Origin: an uncultured Candidatus Saccharibacteria bacterium
GTDB taxonomy: Bacteria; Patescibacteriota; Minisyncoccia; Phycocordibacterales; DATGWK01
DNA length: 64,000 bases
Assembly (NCBI GenBank): GCA_964492195.1
Contig: CAZBJL010000004.1
Span: forward strand, 3,621-67,620
Direction: 5' to 3'
Both the position numbers and the translations under genes were made by a program. Under the pieces are notes generated by a model. The model saw only the letters and a list, made by a program, of their open reading frames with translations, did not search any database and was not told the DNA's origin. Position 1 is the stretch's first letter. Every line of letters begins with the position of its first letter. Shown in pieces: positions 19,101 to 29,274 of the stretch.

Positions 19101-19412
19101 TTAAAGTTTCCACTTCGGGAAAAGGAATTCGCAAAAAGGTGCTGGAGGCGTTGGGGAGCGTGGGAAGATGGACCCTGCTCGGCGTAGAGCGGCAGTTTTC
19201 TTCCCACCAAATGAGCCGAGAATTTTGCCCATTGCCTGGAGGCGTTCCCGAGTTACTTCGAGACCTGCAGTTTTGAGTGCACGAGCAAAGTAGTCTTTCA
19301 TTGGCTTCGACTTCTGACTTCTGTTTAGATCTGTTCGTCGAAGTTGTGCGGCACGAAAGGCAAGTTCACGGATTTCTGGACTGACCCAGTTCTGATCGTT
19401 TGTAACAACCAT
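19101..19412 (-). CDS. Hypothetical protein (103 aa)
   Basis: Strong SD (aaaggag) 7 nt upstream of ATG 19412. No recognisable family. Lies immediately downstream of the 917-aa surface protein gene. Confidence 0.45.
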   Translation of the reverse strand: MVVTNDQNWVSPEIRELAFRAAQLRRTDLNRSQKSKPMKDYFARALKTAGLEVTRERLQAMGKILGSFGGKKTAALRRAGSIFPRSPTPPAPFCEFLFPKWKL

Positions 19413-19517
19413 CCCTAATCTCCTTTCGATTTTGGGTTACGTTTTTTGGACCAAGTTCTTCCTCTTTTATACTACATATTTTACAAAGTGCAAAGTGCAG
19501 AGCACAAACCCGTCAAT

Positions 19518-22271
19518 TTATACAAACCAACCTATGATTGAATAGAAAAACTCACGGATTGATTCACCGACAAATGAGAGAAACGAAGAAATGTCATTCG
19601 TAAGAGTACTCATTACAACTGCAAGATTTGATGATCGTCCATCCGGTAATGCAGACAATTCAACTTCGCACAGACCTGTAAACACTGTATGGATGCATGC
19701 TTGGCCGGGAAGAGTAAATGTTTTTCTGTATGTTGCTGTTGCACCTTCGGCATCGGTAACTTTTATTCCAACAGTATGTGTGCCTCCCGTTGTGAAGAAA
19801 TTACTTACCCATGCTTGATCTTGGAGACTTGAAACAGCGAGTTGGTATGTCGAGACACCGTCTGTTGTATATGTGGAAGGGTCACCATACACTCCGTCTC
19901 CGTTGAAGTCGTATTCGATCGTGATCGTTGTTCCGTCAGGGTCATATGAACCGTACGAAATAAAGAGAACGTTATTGACGCGGTCGAGTTGATGGACGGT
20001 AAACGAGGCAACAGGAGAAGAGTTGATTGAAGAATCAGAAAATGCGGGAGCCCCTGCATCTTCTGGTTGAACGATCCAGAATCCAAGAGAGGATTCACTG
20101 TCACCTGATGGGTGATAAATCACGCCCTCAGGAAATGTGATCCTGACTTGTGGGGTGAGGAAGGTAACAGGACTTTCAGAAACAAGGGTGCCTTGGACGT
20201 CCATTTGTGTGCCGTCTGGGGTAAAGCGCCAGATTTTTCTACCAGCCGACGTCATGCCGGTAAGAATGTAGTCGTCATTCCATGCTGACTTGTCGGTGAC
20301 GCGGAGGCGGCTGTTTAAATGAGAGTCTTGAGAAGCGAGGCTGTGTTTGTCTTCAAATCCAGCAACAGTGTCGAATTCATCCAACGCATAACTTAAATCC
20401 TGCTTTTCTTGCGTCGTGGTTTCACTTCCAGTCCACAACTGCAGATATTCTGCCCCTGCAAGTGCCATATGGAATACGGTTTCTGCGTATGTTCCTGCTG
20501 GTGGAGCGAGATTCACGTCGCGTTCGATGTGACTTGAGCCGGCAAAGAGGGGTGCAAGAGGTGCGTCAGGTTTTGAAAGGGCAGAAACTTTTGCCCAGTT
20601 CACTTCCTGTTTAATTTTGTTGAAATAGGTTTGATTGTAGAGATGAATCCCGTCGATTGGCACGGTGCCACCACTGAACACTTCCATGGTGTAGAGTGTG
20701 CCTCTATTTTGGTGGGTACCAAAAATTGAGCCGTCGCTGTTGTAACCGCCAGAAATGTGGGTCGTTACCGCAGTATCAAGTGGCGCATAAAACGTATCGT
20801 AATTGTAATAGTAGTCGTTAAAGTTTGTAATATCGACGTTGGGGAAATAAGAAAGGAGAGGTTCGGCCATTGCCTTATTCGTGTAACTCCTAAACCAATC
20901 CGCCAAAAGCAAACCAACATATGTCTGACAATTCACCGCTGCACACGCCGTCGGGTTACGAATAAGTGTGTCGAGAGTACCCATTTTTTGTTGCATTGGG
21001 CCGTACGCTAATTCAGTTGATCTAAAATTCGTATTCGCTTGGCTGTATTTTGGATTTGAAAGGATTAAATCAAATTTTGTTTGGTCGATTCCGCTCACGT
21101 CATTCATGAACTCATTGTCCATGGTAAGGAAATCAATCTTACCGCCTATTGCTGCGTATTCTCTGAAAAAGTTATCCCATCGGACTCGAATCGTTGAAAG
21201 CCATGTATCCATCCATGGGCATCGGTAGGGTTTTGTTACCCCGTACTGGTCAACGTATGTTGGTGTGCCACCGTTTGTGTCTGTACAGTTGTCTGCATCA
21301 CTAAAAAATCCGGTCTCGCTACCTGTCATGCCTCCAAATGACCAAGAAAACATCGCACGTGCACCTGGTTCAAATCGATCGAGGTATGCTTTTGCAAGTG
21401 CAGGGTTTGCAGAAGTTGGTTCACCGGCGCTCAAAATCCACGGAGAAATAATGTTGTGATAATCTCTTTGGTATACAGGTTCTCCTCCCGCAACGTAAAT
21501 ATGCCGAAAGGCGTACAGTGTTTTTCTTGGAACAGAAGAGCCGTTTTCCTGCGAACCATCTATACATTCTGGATCAACAGGGTAGTCAGTAAGTCCATCA
21601 CTATCGTTATCAAGGCCGTCTTGGCATTCTGCTGATGTTGTTGAGTTTGTTGTAGTTCTTGATCGCGTTGGGCCTCCACCTCCGCCGCTTGGTCTGTTTG
21701 TGATAATGCTTCCAATACCTCCAACCCCTCCTGCTGAAGGGTCGCACGGTGCGCCCGTTGTTCTACTATAGAGAGAACCTGGTACACAGCCCGGAGGTAA
21801 GATTCCCGTACTGCCTGTTGAAGCGAACACAGTGGTGGAAATCTGTGAATTAACTCGTGATCGCGTTGTTGGACCAAAAAAACCAGCAACAGGGGTAATG
21901 CGCTGTGACCTTTGATATGCAGCAAGTGCGGCTTGAGTAACGGCACCAAAGTGGCCATATTTAGAAATTGGCCGTAAAAAGCCTTTTGCAATGAGAAATT
22001 TTTGGAGTGCGGTCACATCAGCACCATTGCTTCCAACATTCAAATTTCTTGTAAATCGAAAACTACTCAAGTTTCCACTACTTCCACCACCTTGTGCGGC
22101 GATCTGGCTCTGGAGTTCGGCAATTCGAACGAGGAGGGAATTCAAGAGTGCCTGCAGTTGTTCAGTTGTTTGTGAATGAGTAGCTGAAGGAGAAAAAAGG
22201 AGGGTGGATATGATAATGAAAGACACAAGTGGCCCGGCGAGTTTCTTTATTCTGGACGTATATTTTTCCAC
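19518..22271 (-). CDS. Large secreted multi-domain protein: signal peptide, peptidoglycan-binding domain, Gly/Thr-rich linker, Cys-flanked DxDxDG module, ~550-aa uncharacterised central domain, C-terminal PKD-like domain
   Basis: GTG start at 22271. N-terminal signal (LVSFIIISTLLFSPSATHS). PG_binding_1-like segment (GSNGADVTALQKFLIAKGF...GHFGAVTQAALAAYQ...GFFGPTT). CQDGLDNDSDGLTDYPVDPEC. PKD-like YDPDGTTITIEYDFNGDG...THTVGIKVTDAEGATATY. By eye, GC is higher than in neighbouring genes. Confidence 0.8.
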   Translation of the reverse strand: MEKYTSRIKKLAGPLVSFIIISTLLFSPSATHSQTTEQLQALLNSLLVRIAELQSQIAAQGGGSSGNLSSFRFTRNLNVGSNGADVTALQKFLIAKGFLRPISKYGHFGAVTQAALAAYQRSQRITPVAGFFGPTTRSRVNSQISTTVFASTGSTGILPPGCVPGSLYSRTTGAPCDPSAGGVGGIGSIITNRPSGGGGGPTRSRTTTNSTTSAECQDGLDNDSDGLTDYPVDPECIDGSQENGSSVPRKTLYAFRHIYVAGGEPVYQRDYHNIISPWILSAGEPTSANPALAKAYLDRFEPGARAMFSWSFGGMTGSETGFFSDADNCTDTNGGTPTYVDQYGVTKPYRCPWMDTWLSTIRVRWDNFFREYAAIGGKIDFLTMDNEFMNDVSGIDQTKFDLILSNPKYSQANTNFRSTELAYGPMQQKMGTLDTLIRNPTACAAVNCQTYVGLLLADWFRSYTNKAMAEPLLSYFPNVDITNFNDYYYNYDTFYAPLDTAVTTHISGGYNSDGSIFGTHQNRGTLYTMEVFSGGTVPIDGIHLYNQTYFNKIKQEVNWAKVSALSKPDAPLAPLFAGSSHIERDVNLAPPAGTYAETVFHMALAGAEYLQLWTGSETTTQEKQDLSYALDEFDTVAGFEDKHSLASQDSHLNSRLRVTDKSAWNDDYILTGMTSAGRKIWRFTPDGTQMDVQGTLVSESPVTFLTPQVRITFPEGVIYHPSGDSESSLGFWIVQPEDAGAPAFSDSSINSSPVASFTVHQLDRVNNVLFISYGSYDPDGTTITIEYDFNGDGVYGDPSTYTTDGVSTYQLAVSSLQDQAWVSNFFTTGGTHTVGIKVTDAEGATATYRKTFTLPGQACIHTVFTGLCEVELSALPDGRSSNLAVVMSTLTNDISSFLSFVGESIREFFYSIIGWFV

Positions 22272-22318
22272 GTTTATTTTAAAAAAAGATTATTGCCCAA
22301 TAATAACACATCAAAACG

Positions 22319-22335
22319 AATCAAATATTTTGATT
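22319..22335. promoter_or_regulatory. Perfect 7-3-7 inverted repeat AATCAAA-tat-TTTGATT upstream of the surface-protein gene (operator candidate)
   Basis: Palindrome 48-64 nt upstream of the GTG start at 22271, just after the yqeY stop. Confidence 0.2.
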
Positions 22336-22357
22336 ATTTCAATGCCAAAGCAAATAA

Positions 22358-22813
22358 TTATGAAAACAAAGATTCGACAACCGCTTTTACATCCGCACCA
22401 TCTGCCTTGCCTTTCAATTCTTTCATGAGTGAACCCATAAAAGCACCCATTTTTGTTTTATCTGTAATGCCCATTTCTTCTTTTTTCTTTTTAGCAATTT
22501 CAGTGATTTCTGGAATAGACATAAACTTCGGACTGTATTCTTCGATCATTTTGAGTTCGTTCTCCTCGGAAGTAACAAGGTCGGTACGACCACCAGTTTT
22601 AAACTGTTCGATCGAATCTTTTCTTTGTTTGATTGCGCGTAAAATAACCGCTAGTGCTTCATCGTCGGTGAGTGTTTCGTCAGGTTTTTTCTTTTTGGAT
22701 ACAAGTTCGTTTGTAAAACTTGCCATAAGTCCGCGCATAACATTGACGCGAATAGAATTTTTGTCGCGCATTGCCTGAACCATATCCACTTTGATTTTTT
22801 CTTGGAAAGTCAT
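22358..22813 (-). CDS. yqeY: GatB/YqeY domain protein
   Basis: MTFQEKIKVDMVQAMRDK...: full-length YqeY-like. Start taken at the internal Met 22813 that aligns with YqeY N-termini. Confidence 0.85.
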   Translation of the reverse strand: MTFQEKIKVDMVQAMRDKNSIRVNVMRGLMASFTNELVSKKKKPDETLTDDEALAVILRAIKQRKDSIEQFKTGGRTDLVTSEENELKMIEEYSPKFMSIPEITEIAKKKKEEMGITDKTKMGAFMGSLMKELKGKADGADVKAVVESLFS

Positions 22814-22862
22814 AGTAAAATAGATGATATCACAATCCGAGTTAGTATATAATGCACAATAT

Positions 22863-23927
22863 ATGTCAGTTTCATTCGTCATACTTATCGTGGTCGCCTT
22901 GTTCTTGCTTAACGCGGGATTTATTTGGTTTATCTCTCGAAGAAAAACTGAAACTCCAAGGGAAGATGGTCAGGGCATGTCTCTGTTACTTCAACATATC
23001 AATGACTTGAGCCGGACAATTGATGCCAAAATGGGTGAAACGACAAAGCAGGTGCATGAATCCATGAAGACCCAGTTTGGTGAATCGGCAAAACTGATTC
23101 GTGACGTTACGCAAGGTCTCACAAAACTCGACGAAACCAACAAACAAGTTGTTTCTTTTGCTGACCAGCTTCAGTCTCTCCAGGATATTTTGAAAAATCC
23201 AAAACAGCGCGGAATTTTGGGCGAATATTACCTCGAAACACTTCTTAAAAACGTGTTGGCACCGAGTCAATACCAAATGCAGTATGGATTTAAAAATGGG
23301 GAAATTGTCGATGCTGCAGTTTTTGTAAAAGATAAAATTATTCCCGTTGATTCTAAATTTTCTCTAGAAAATTACAACAGAATGATTGAAACAAGTGATC
23401 CGACAGAGAAAGCTCGTCTCGAAAAGTTATTTGTGAACGATCTTAAACAGCGCATCGTGGAAACGTCAAAATACATTCGTCCGGAAGAAGGAACGATGGA
23501 TTTTGCTTTTATGTTCATCCCACACGAAGCAATTTATTACGATCTTTTGATTAACAAAATCGGGGCAATTACCGAGGATACAGAAAATTTGATCCAACGC
23601 GCGGCCGGAAAGTACAAGGTTATTATCGTCTCGCCGACGTCTTTCCTTGCGTATCTCCAAACAGTCTTACAGGGCCTTAAAGCAATGCAGATTGAGGAGA
23701 AGACTAAAGAAATCCAAAAGAATGTTTCAAACCTCATTAATCATCTCAAAAGCTATGAGGAGTACCACAATAAGCTTGGAACATCCCTTAGCACCGTTGT
23801 AAATCACTTTAATAATGGTAGTAAAGAGTTTAAAAAGATCGATAAAGACGTATTGCGCATTACTGGTACAGGCGGAGGACTTGAAACTATGGCTATAAAT
23901 AGGCCTGATACGCCAGAAAACGAGTAG
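22863..23927 (+). CDS. rmuC: DNA recombination protein RmuC
   Basis: N-terminal TM, long coiled-coil, C-terminal RmuC nuclease-like domain (…FAFMFIPHEAIYYDLL…VIIVSPTSFLAYLQTV…). Start at ATG 22863, which gives the TM N-terminus. Confidence 0.85.
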   Translation: MSVSFVILIVVALFLLNAGFIWFISRRKTETPREDGQGMSLLLQHINDLSRTIDAKMGETTKQVHESMKTQFGESAKLIRDVTQGLTKLDETNKQVVSFADQLQSLQDILKNPKQRGILGEYYLETLLKNVLAPSQYQMQYGFKNGEIVDAAVFVKDKIIPVDSKFSLENYNRMIETSDPTEKARLEKLFVNDLKQRIVETSKYIRPEEGTMDFAFMFIPHEAIYYDLLINKIGAITEDTENLIQRAAGKYKVIIVSPTSFLAYLQTVLQGLKAMQIEEKTKEIQKNVSNLINHLKSYEEYHNKLGTSLSTVVNHFNNGSKEFKKIDKDVLRITGTGGGLETMAINRPDTPENE

Positions 23928-23995
23928 ATTAGGGTCTTTTGCTAAAACCCTTTGTTTGCTTGCACTTTTTGGCAATATAGGTAAAATAGCCTGAT

Positions 23996-24316
23996 ATGAC
24001 CGAATTTGCAGTCATCGAAACAGGAGGTAAGCAGTACCAGGTGAAATCTGGTGATGTTATTACTATTGAAAAGCTTGACGGCGACCTTAAGGCAGGGGAC
24101 AAGGTTACTTTTGACAAAGTCCTTCTTGTTGATGACGGCAAAAACACTACTATTGGTACACCATATATTTCTGGTGCAAAAGTTGAAGCTACTTTCAAAG
24201 AATTCGGCCGAGCGCAGAAAATTGACGTTATTAAATACAAACAAAAGAGTCGCTACTTCAAGAAAAATGGTCACAGACAGCCTTTCTCTAAAGTGACTAT
24301 TGAAAAGATTAAGTAA
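23996..24316 (+). CDS. rplU: 50S ribosomal protein L21
   Basis: MTEFAVIETGGKQYQVKSGDVI...; 106 aa. Confidence 0.95.
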   Translation: MTEFAVIETGGKQYQVKSGDVITIEKLDGDLKAGDKVTFDKVLLVDDGKNTTIGTPYISGAKVEATFKEFGRAQKIDVIKYKQKSRYFKKNGHRQPFSKVTIEKIK

Positions 24317-24323
24317 TTAAAAA

Positions 24324-24347
24324 TCCGCTGAAAAGCGGGTTTTTTTG
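24324..24347 (+). terminator. Rho-independent terminator after rplU
   Basis: ccgct-gaaa-agcgg followed by ttttttt. Confidence 0.75.
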
Positions 24348-24422
24348 ACGAAAGGCTATCCTGGCTGCGGAAACTCTCCTGTCGGGTTGGGTTGGAGTAT
24401 AAATACAATTCGTTACTTTGAA

Positions 24423-25037
24423 TCACCTCCTGTTTCCTAACGCATTCCTCAACGTTTCTGCATCAGAATATTCGAGTTCGGTGCCCGTTGAAAGGCCACG
24501 GCCGAGGAGGGAGATTTTGAGACCTTGTGTTTTAAAGGGAGAAAGTAATTCCTGAATATAGTTCGCAGTGTTTTCGCCGTCGGCATTTGCGCTCATTGCG
24601 AGAATAATTTCTTCGAGACCATTTGCAATCCTTTTCTCTACTTCTTGGACGAGTTCACGACTACGGACCTTTCTTTCAGGTTCGGCTTCGAGGATTGGCA
24701 CAATGCCGCCGAGAACAAAATAAAATCCATCGAAAGAGCCGCTTTTTTCAAGACTTTCAAGATCACTGTCGCGAGAAACAACAGCGAGGAGGGAACTGTC
24801 TCTATTTTTATCCAAACAGATTGAGCATGTGGGCGAACTGCTCGCATTTTTACTGAAAATTCTAAAACAAGAGGTACAAGTGAGGGTGTTGGCTTTTAAA
24901 TTTTCCAGTGCGCGCACAAATTCACCTGTAAGGCTCGGTGGCTGCGTAAGAAGAAAATACACAAAGCGTTTCGCTTGGCGTGGGCCGATTCCTGGAAATT
25001 CTGAAAATATTTCTACGAGGCGATTAAAAGAATTCAT
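24423..25037 (-). CDS. recR: Recombination protein RecR
   Basis: HhH N-terminus (FPGIGPRQAKRF), C4 zinc finger (CTSC...CSIC), Toprim domain. Confidence 0.95.
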   Translation of the reverse strand: MNSFNRLVEIFSEFPGIGPRQAKRFVYFLLTQPPSLTGEFVRALENLKANTLTCTSCFRIFSKNASSSPTCSICLDKNRDSSLLAVVSRDSDLESLEKSGSFDGFYFVLGGIVPILEAEPERKVRSRELVQEVEKRIANGLEEIILAMSANADGENTANYIQELLSPFKTQGLKISLLGRGLSTGTELEYSDAETLRNALGNRR

Positions 25038-25087
25038 AGAATGTAATAAAAATTGAGCAAAATTGTAACGGAAATATGCGGTGAATT

Positions 25088-26515
25088 TTAGAGATCAGCA
25101 AATTCTTTTTCTGCACCGCCGTACTCGCTCTTTGTCAGGCTCTGAAAGGTAACTTTTTTGTCATTAAAGAAGAGTTCAACTTTTCCCGTTTCGCCGTTTC
25201 GGTGTTTTTCAATAAGAATTTCAGCGATGTTGTTTTTGTCGGCTTGTTCTTTGTACTTGTCTTCGCGATGAATAAACATGACAACGTCGGCGTCCTGTTC
25301 GATCGAACCGGAGTCGCGAAGGTCGGAGAGACGAGGTCGGCCTCCGCGTTGTTCGACGGCACGGGAAAGCTGGGAAAGGGCAAGAACAGGCACGTCGAGT
25401 TCGCGGGCAAGATTTTTGAGCGAACGGGAAATTTCCGTGACTTGCTGAACGACGTTGTCATTGCCGCGCGAGTTTGTGGGTACCATGAGCTGGAGGTAGT
25501 CGACAATGAGGAGCTTCAAGCCCTTTTCGCTTTTGAGACGGCGGGCAACAGAGCGCATTTTGAGAATGTTATTTCCTGGCTGGTCGTCAATGTAGATTGG
25601 TGCTTTGGAAAGTTCATCAAGTGAACGGCGAATTGATTCGAATTCGTCTTCACGACTCAACTTTCCTGTTCGGAGTTTCCACGCGTCGACGTCGGATTGT
25701 GACGCAAGCATTCTGTCGACAAGCTGCTGTGAGCTCATTTCCAAAGAAAAAATACCAACAGGTGTATTGTGTTTAATTGCAGACATGCGAGCAATGTCGA
25801 GTGCGAGCGATGTTTTTCCCATTGAAGGTCGAGCAGCCAAAATAATGAGATCGGATTTTTGAAAGCCCGAAAGTTTATTGTCGAGTTCGATAAAACCCGT
25901 TGAAACTCCACGGAGGCCTTCTTTGGAATTGTGAAGTTTGTCGAGACGCTCCCAGGCTTCGGTTAATTCATCTTTGAGTTCGATGAATTTGTGAACGGAA
26001 GAGAAGTTTGTAACATCAAACACGTGTTTTTCTGCGCGATCGAGAACTTCTTCGAGCTCGGTGGATTCTTCGTAGCCTAGATTTGAAATATGTTCGGCGG
26101 CTTCGATGAGGCGACGCATCATAAACTTTCGTTGAACAATTTCAGCGTAGTATTTTGCATTCGTTGCAGTTGGAACACCTTGCACGAGTTCGGCAAGAAA
26201 TGTTGAACCGCCAATCTGGTCGAGTTGCCCTCGCTCTTTAAGGTGAGCTGACACTGAAAGCAAATCAATCGGATTGCTTCGTTTGAAAAGATCAAACATT
26301 GCACCGATCACAATTCGATGTTTTTCAGAATAAAAAGATTCTTTGGTGATGATGTCGGTAATTTCAAACATCGAGTCTGGACGCTGCATGACAGACCCAA
26401 GGAGCGCTGCTTCTGCATCGAGATTTTGTGGAGGAATTCGAAGACTGTTTCTTGTATTCGCCATGCTCACCATACTAGCAGAGCGGGCAGGGTAATTTGA
26501 GTTCGTTTTTGGCAT
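25088..26515 (-). CDS. dnaB: Replicative DNA helicase DnaB
   Basis: Walker A ARPSMGKTSLAL, DnaB N-terminal domain, RecA-like C-terminal domain; 475 aa, no intein. Confidence 0.95.
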   Translation of the reverse strand: MPKTNSNYPARSASMVSMANTRNSLRIPPQNLDAEAALLGSVMQRPDSMFEITDIITKESFYSEKHRIVIGAMFDLFKRSNPIDLLSVSAHLKERGQLDQIGGSTFLAELVQGVPTATNAKYYAEIVQRKFMMRRLIEAAEHISNLGYEESTELEEVLDRAEKHVFDVTNFSSVHKFIELKDELTEAWERLDKLHNSKEGLRGVSTGFIELDNKLSGFQKSDLIILAARPSMGKTSLALDIARMSAIKHNTPVGIFSLEMSSQQLVDRMLASQSDVDAWKLRTGKLSREDEFESIRRSLDELSKAPIYIDDQPGNNILKMRSVARRLKSEKGLKLLIVDYLQLMVPTNSRGNDNVVQQVTEISRSLKNLARELDVPVLALSQLSRAVEQRGGRPRLSDLRDSGSIEQDADVVMFIHREDKYKEQADKNNIAEILIEKHRNGETGKVELFFNDKKVTFQSLTKSEYGGAEKEFADL

Positions 26516-26533
26516 AGTACGTTTACAAGATGT

Positions 26534-27967
26534 TTATAGCTTTGTATCAAAAGACACTAAGCTGCGATGAATTCGTGATCCGTCAACACTGTCGTCGACA
26601 AAGTAGCCCATATTCTCTAGATTTTTTCGGAGTTCGTCTGCCTTATTCCAATTTTTTGCTGTACGAAATGTTTCTCGCTCAATTGATATTTTCTTAATAC
26701 TTTCTGGAATATCTTTTATGTAGACGGCCATGTCTTTGAGACGAAGTCCAAGCACTTTGTCGAATTCTTCGATTATCTTTACATCGCATGAACCAGAAAC
26801 AATTTCATCAACTGTTTTGTGGAGAAGGGCAATACAACTTGGAGTGTCCAAATCATTTTCGATTAATTTCAAAAGTTCTTTTTTAGTTTTCGCTAGAGAA
26901 GTATGTGGAGTAAAAAAAGATACAATTCTTCCACGTTTTTTCTTGAAAGAACTGTCAGCAATTTTTCTCACAATTGACTCAAGTGCATTTTGAGCAGCAC
27001 GAACGGCTTCCAGACTAAATAAAACCGGCGTTCGGTAGTGTGCCGTGAGGAGCCAATATCGATAGGCAAGGGGATTGATCCCGTTTTCTTCAAGAGTTTG
27101 TAAACGAAGAAAATTACCCTCGGATTTTGCCATTTTTCCGCTCTCAACATTCACAAATGCACTATGCATCCAAAATCGAGAAAAAAGTTTACCCGTTGCG
27201 GATTCCGACTGGGCAATTTCATTGTTGTGATGCACAGGAATGTGATCAATTCCCCCGGTATGAATGTCGAGAGTCTCGCCCAAATATTTCATAGACATTG
27301 CAGAACATTCAATGTGCCAGCCAGGGAAGCCAACGCCCCATGGTGACGGCCATTCTTGTTCGCGTTTATCCTCTGGGTGAGAAAATTTCCACAAAGCAAA
27401 GTCAGTTGGATTTTTCTTTTCAGGATTTTTGGCAATGCGAGCACCTTCTTCCATATGTGCAAGATCAATATGTCCGAGATCGCCATATTTTTTAAAAAGG
27501 GACGTATTAAAGTAAAGTCCGTCAGAGGTTTTATACACAAAACCTTTTTTCTCAAGTGTTGTAATGAGTTCTATTTGTTCACTGATGTGATCGGTCGCTT
27601 TTGGGAATAGAGTTCCAAATGTATTGATATTTAATTTTTTAATATCAGCAAAAAAAGCCTGGGTATAAAAATCTGCAATTTCAGTTGCCTTTTTGTGTTC
27701 GCGTTTTGCCTCTTCTTCAACCTTGTCTAACCCAGAATCACTGTCATTTGTAAGATGTCCAACGTCGGTAATGTTTATGACTTGCGTAACATGTAAACCA
27801 ACGTATTCAAGAGCACGTCGAAGCGTATCTGCGAACACATACGCACGAAGATTTCCAATGTGGGCGTAGTTGTACACAGTCGGCCCGCAGTGATACATTC
27901 GAATTTTTTTTCCATCAGCTGGCTCGAGGAGCTCAATTTTTTCTGAAGAAGTATTAAAGAGTTGCAT
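26534..27967 (-). CDS. cysS: Cysteinyl-tRNA synthetase
   Basis: Class I motifs: HIGN ([13 protein letters not shown]) and KMAKS; zinc-binding Cys residues; 477 aa. Confidence 0.95.
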   Translation of the reverse strand: MQLFNTSSEKIELLEPADGKKIRMYHCGPTVYNYAHIGNLRAYVFADTLRRALEYVGLHVTQVINITDVGHLTNDSDSGLDKVEEEAKREHKKATEIADFYTQAFFADIKKLNINTFGTLFPKATDHISEQIELITTLEKKGFVYKTSDGLYFNTSLFKKYGDLGHIDLAHMEEGARIAKNPEKKNPTDFALWKFSHPEDKREQEWPSPWGVGFPGWHIECSAMSMKYLGETLDIHTGGIDHIPVHHNNEIAQSESATGKLFSRFWMHSAFVNVESGKMAKSEGNFLRLQTLEENGINPLAYRYWLLTAHYRTPVLFSLEAVRAAQNALESIVRKIADSSFKKKRGRIVSFFTPHTSLAKTKKELLKLIENDLDTPSCIALLHKTVDEIVSGSCDVKIIEEFDKVLGLRLKDMAVYIKDIPESIKKISIERETFRTAKNWNKADELRKNLENMGYFVDDSVDGSRIHRSLVSFDTKL

Positions 27968-28019
27968 CCGAATATTTTAGCATGACTCCCGTTTGACTCT
28001 ACTCCCGCGCTTTGAGACA

Positions 28020-29264
28020 ATGAAAATATACATGTCAGATAGTAGAAAGCGACTCGTCTATTCAGTGCTCACTCTCCTTATTATAGGAGGTTCTTTTTTA
28101 ATCGGTTACCGAACAGGCTTTGCAGGGAAGTCCCAAGTTTCTTCTCAGCTTTCTGTTCAGAATTCTTTGCCGACGGAAAATATTGGTGCGGATTTTTATC
28201 CGTTTTGGAAAGCATGGCAGCTTCTCGATGAAAAATTTGCACCAACGTCGACATCCACAAATGCAAAAGGCACAAGCCAGGAACGAATTTGGGGGGCAAT
28301 CAGCGGTATGGTTGATTCTTTAGGTGATCCATATACTGTCTTTTTACCCCCTGAAGAAGCCAAAATCTTTGAAAGTGATATTTCCGGAAACTTTGAAGGT
28401 GTTGGAATGGAAATAGGCGTTCGTGATGGAGTTCTTACAGTTATTGCACCACTTAAAGGTACACCGGCCTTCCGCGCAGGTATCAAGCCAGCCGATATTA
28501 TTCTCAAAATTGATGGTGTAACAACAGAAAAACTCAATGCTGACCAAGCCGTGAAGTTGATTCGCGGAAAAGTAGGAACAAAAGTCATGCTCACCATTCT
28601 TCACGAAAAATCAGAAACTCCTGTTGAGGTCGCAGTTACTCGAGCAGTTATAGATATTCCAACAATTGAATCAGAACTTCGTGCAGACGGAATCTTCGTC
28701 ATCCGACTCTACAGCTTCTCTTCAAATTCTCCTGATCTTTTCCGAAGCGCTCTTCGTGAATTCGTCCGAACTGGTTCAGACAAGCTTATTATCGATCTTC
28801 GTGGCAACCCTGGAGGTTTCCTCGAAGCTGCGGTGGATATGGCAAGTTGGTTCTTGCCCACAGGTAAGGTCGTGGTAAGTGAATCCTACAAAGACGGTCG
28901 TGATCCAATCATCCATCGAAGCCGCGGGTACGACATTTTTGACAGCAAGCTTAAAACAGCGATACTTATTGACCGAGGCTCGGCTTCCGCAGCAGAAATT
29001 TTGGCCGGAGCGCTTTCTGAAAATGGGGTGGCGACACTTGTCGGAACAACGTCATTTGGAAAGGGATCAGTTCAGGAACTTATCAAAATCACCCCAGATT
29101 CATCGCTTAAGGTTACAGTGGCTCAATGGCTCACACCAAACGGTCATTCGATCTCTGCCGCTGGCCTCAAGCCTGATATTGAAGTAAGCGCAACTGAAGA
29201 CGATGTTAAGAAGGGCCGAGATCCACAACTTGTGTCAGCCGTACAATTTTTACTGAAAAAATAA
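28020..29264 (+). CDS. ctpA: Carboxy-terminal processing protease (S41 family, PDZ-containing)
   Basis: N-terminal TM, PDZ domain (GVGMEIG...GTPAFRAGIKPADIILKIDG), S41 catalytic region (IIDLRGNPGG...). The start is uncertain (27993, 28020 or 28032). Confidence 0.85.
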   Translation: MKIYMSDSRKRLVYSVLTLLIIGGSFLIGYRTGFAGKSQVSSQLSVQNSLPTENIGADFYPFWKAWQLLDEKFAPTSTSTNAKGTSQERIWGAISGMVDSLGDPYTVFLPPEEAKIFESDISGNFEGVGMEIGVRDGVLTVIAPLKGTPAFRAGIKPADIILKIDGVTTEKLNADQAVKLIRGKVGTKVMLTILHEKSETPVEVAVTRAVIDIPTIESELRADGIFVIRLYSFSSNSPDLFRSALREFVRTGSDKLIIDLRGNPGGFLEAAVDMASWFLPTGKVVVSESYKDGRDPIIHRSRGYDIFDSKLKTAILIDRGSASAAEILAGALSENGVATLVGTTSFGKGSVQELIKITPDSSLKVTVAQWLTPNGHSISAAGLKPDIEVSATEDDVKKGRDPQLVSAVQFLLKK

Positions 29265-29274
29265 TATATTCACC

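Noticed and set aside
19591-22179. Multiple 60-143 aa ORFs overlapping the 917-aa gene on both strands (e.g. 21560..21991, Q/L-rich)
   Set aside because: Alternative frames of a long, well-supported CDS.
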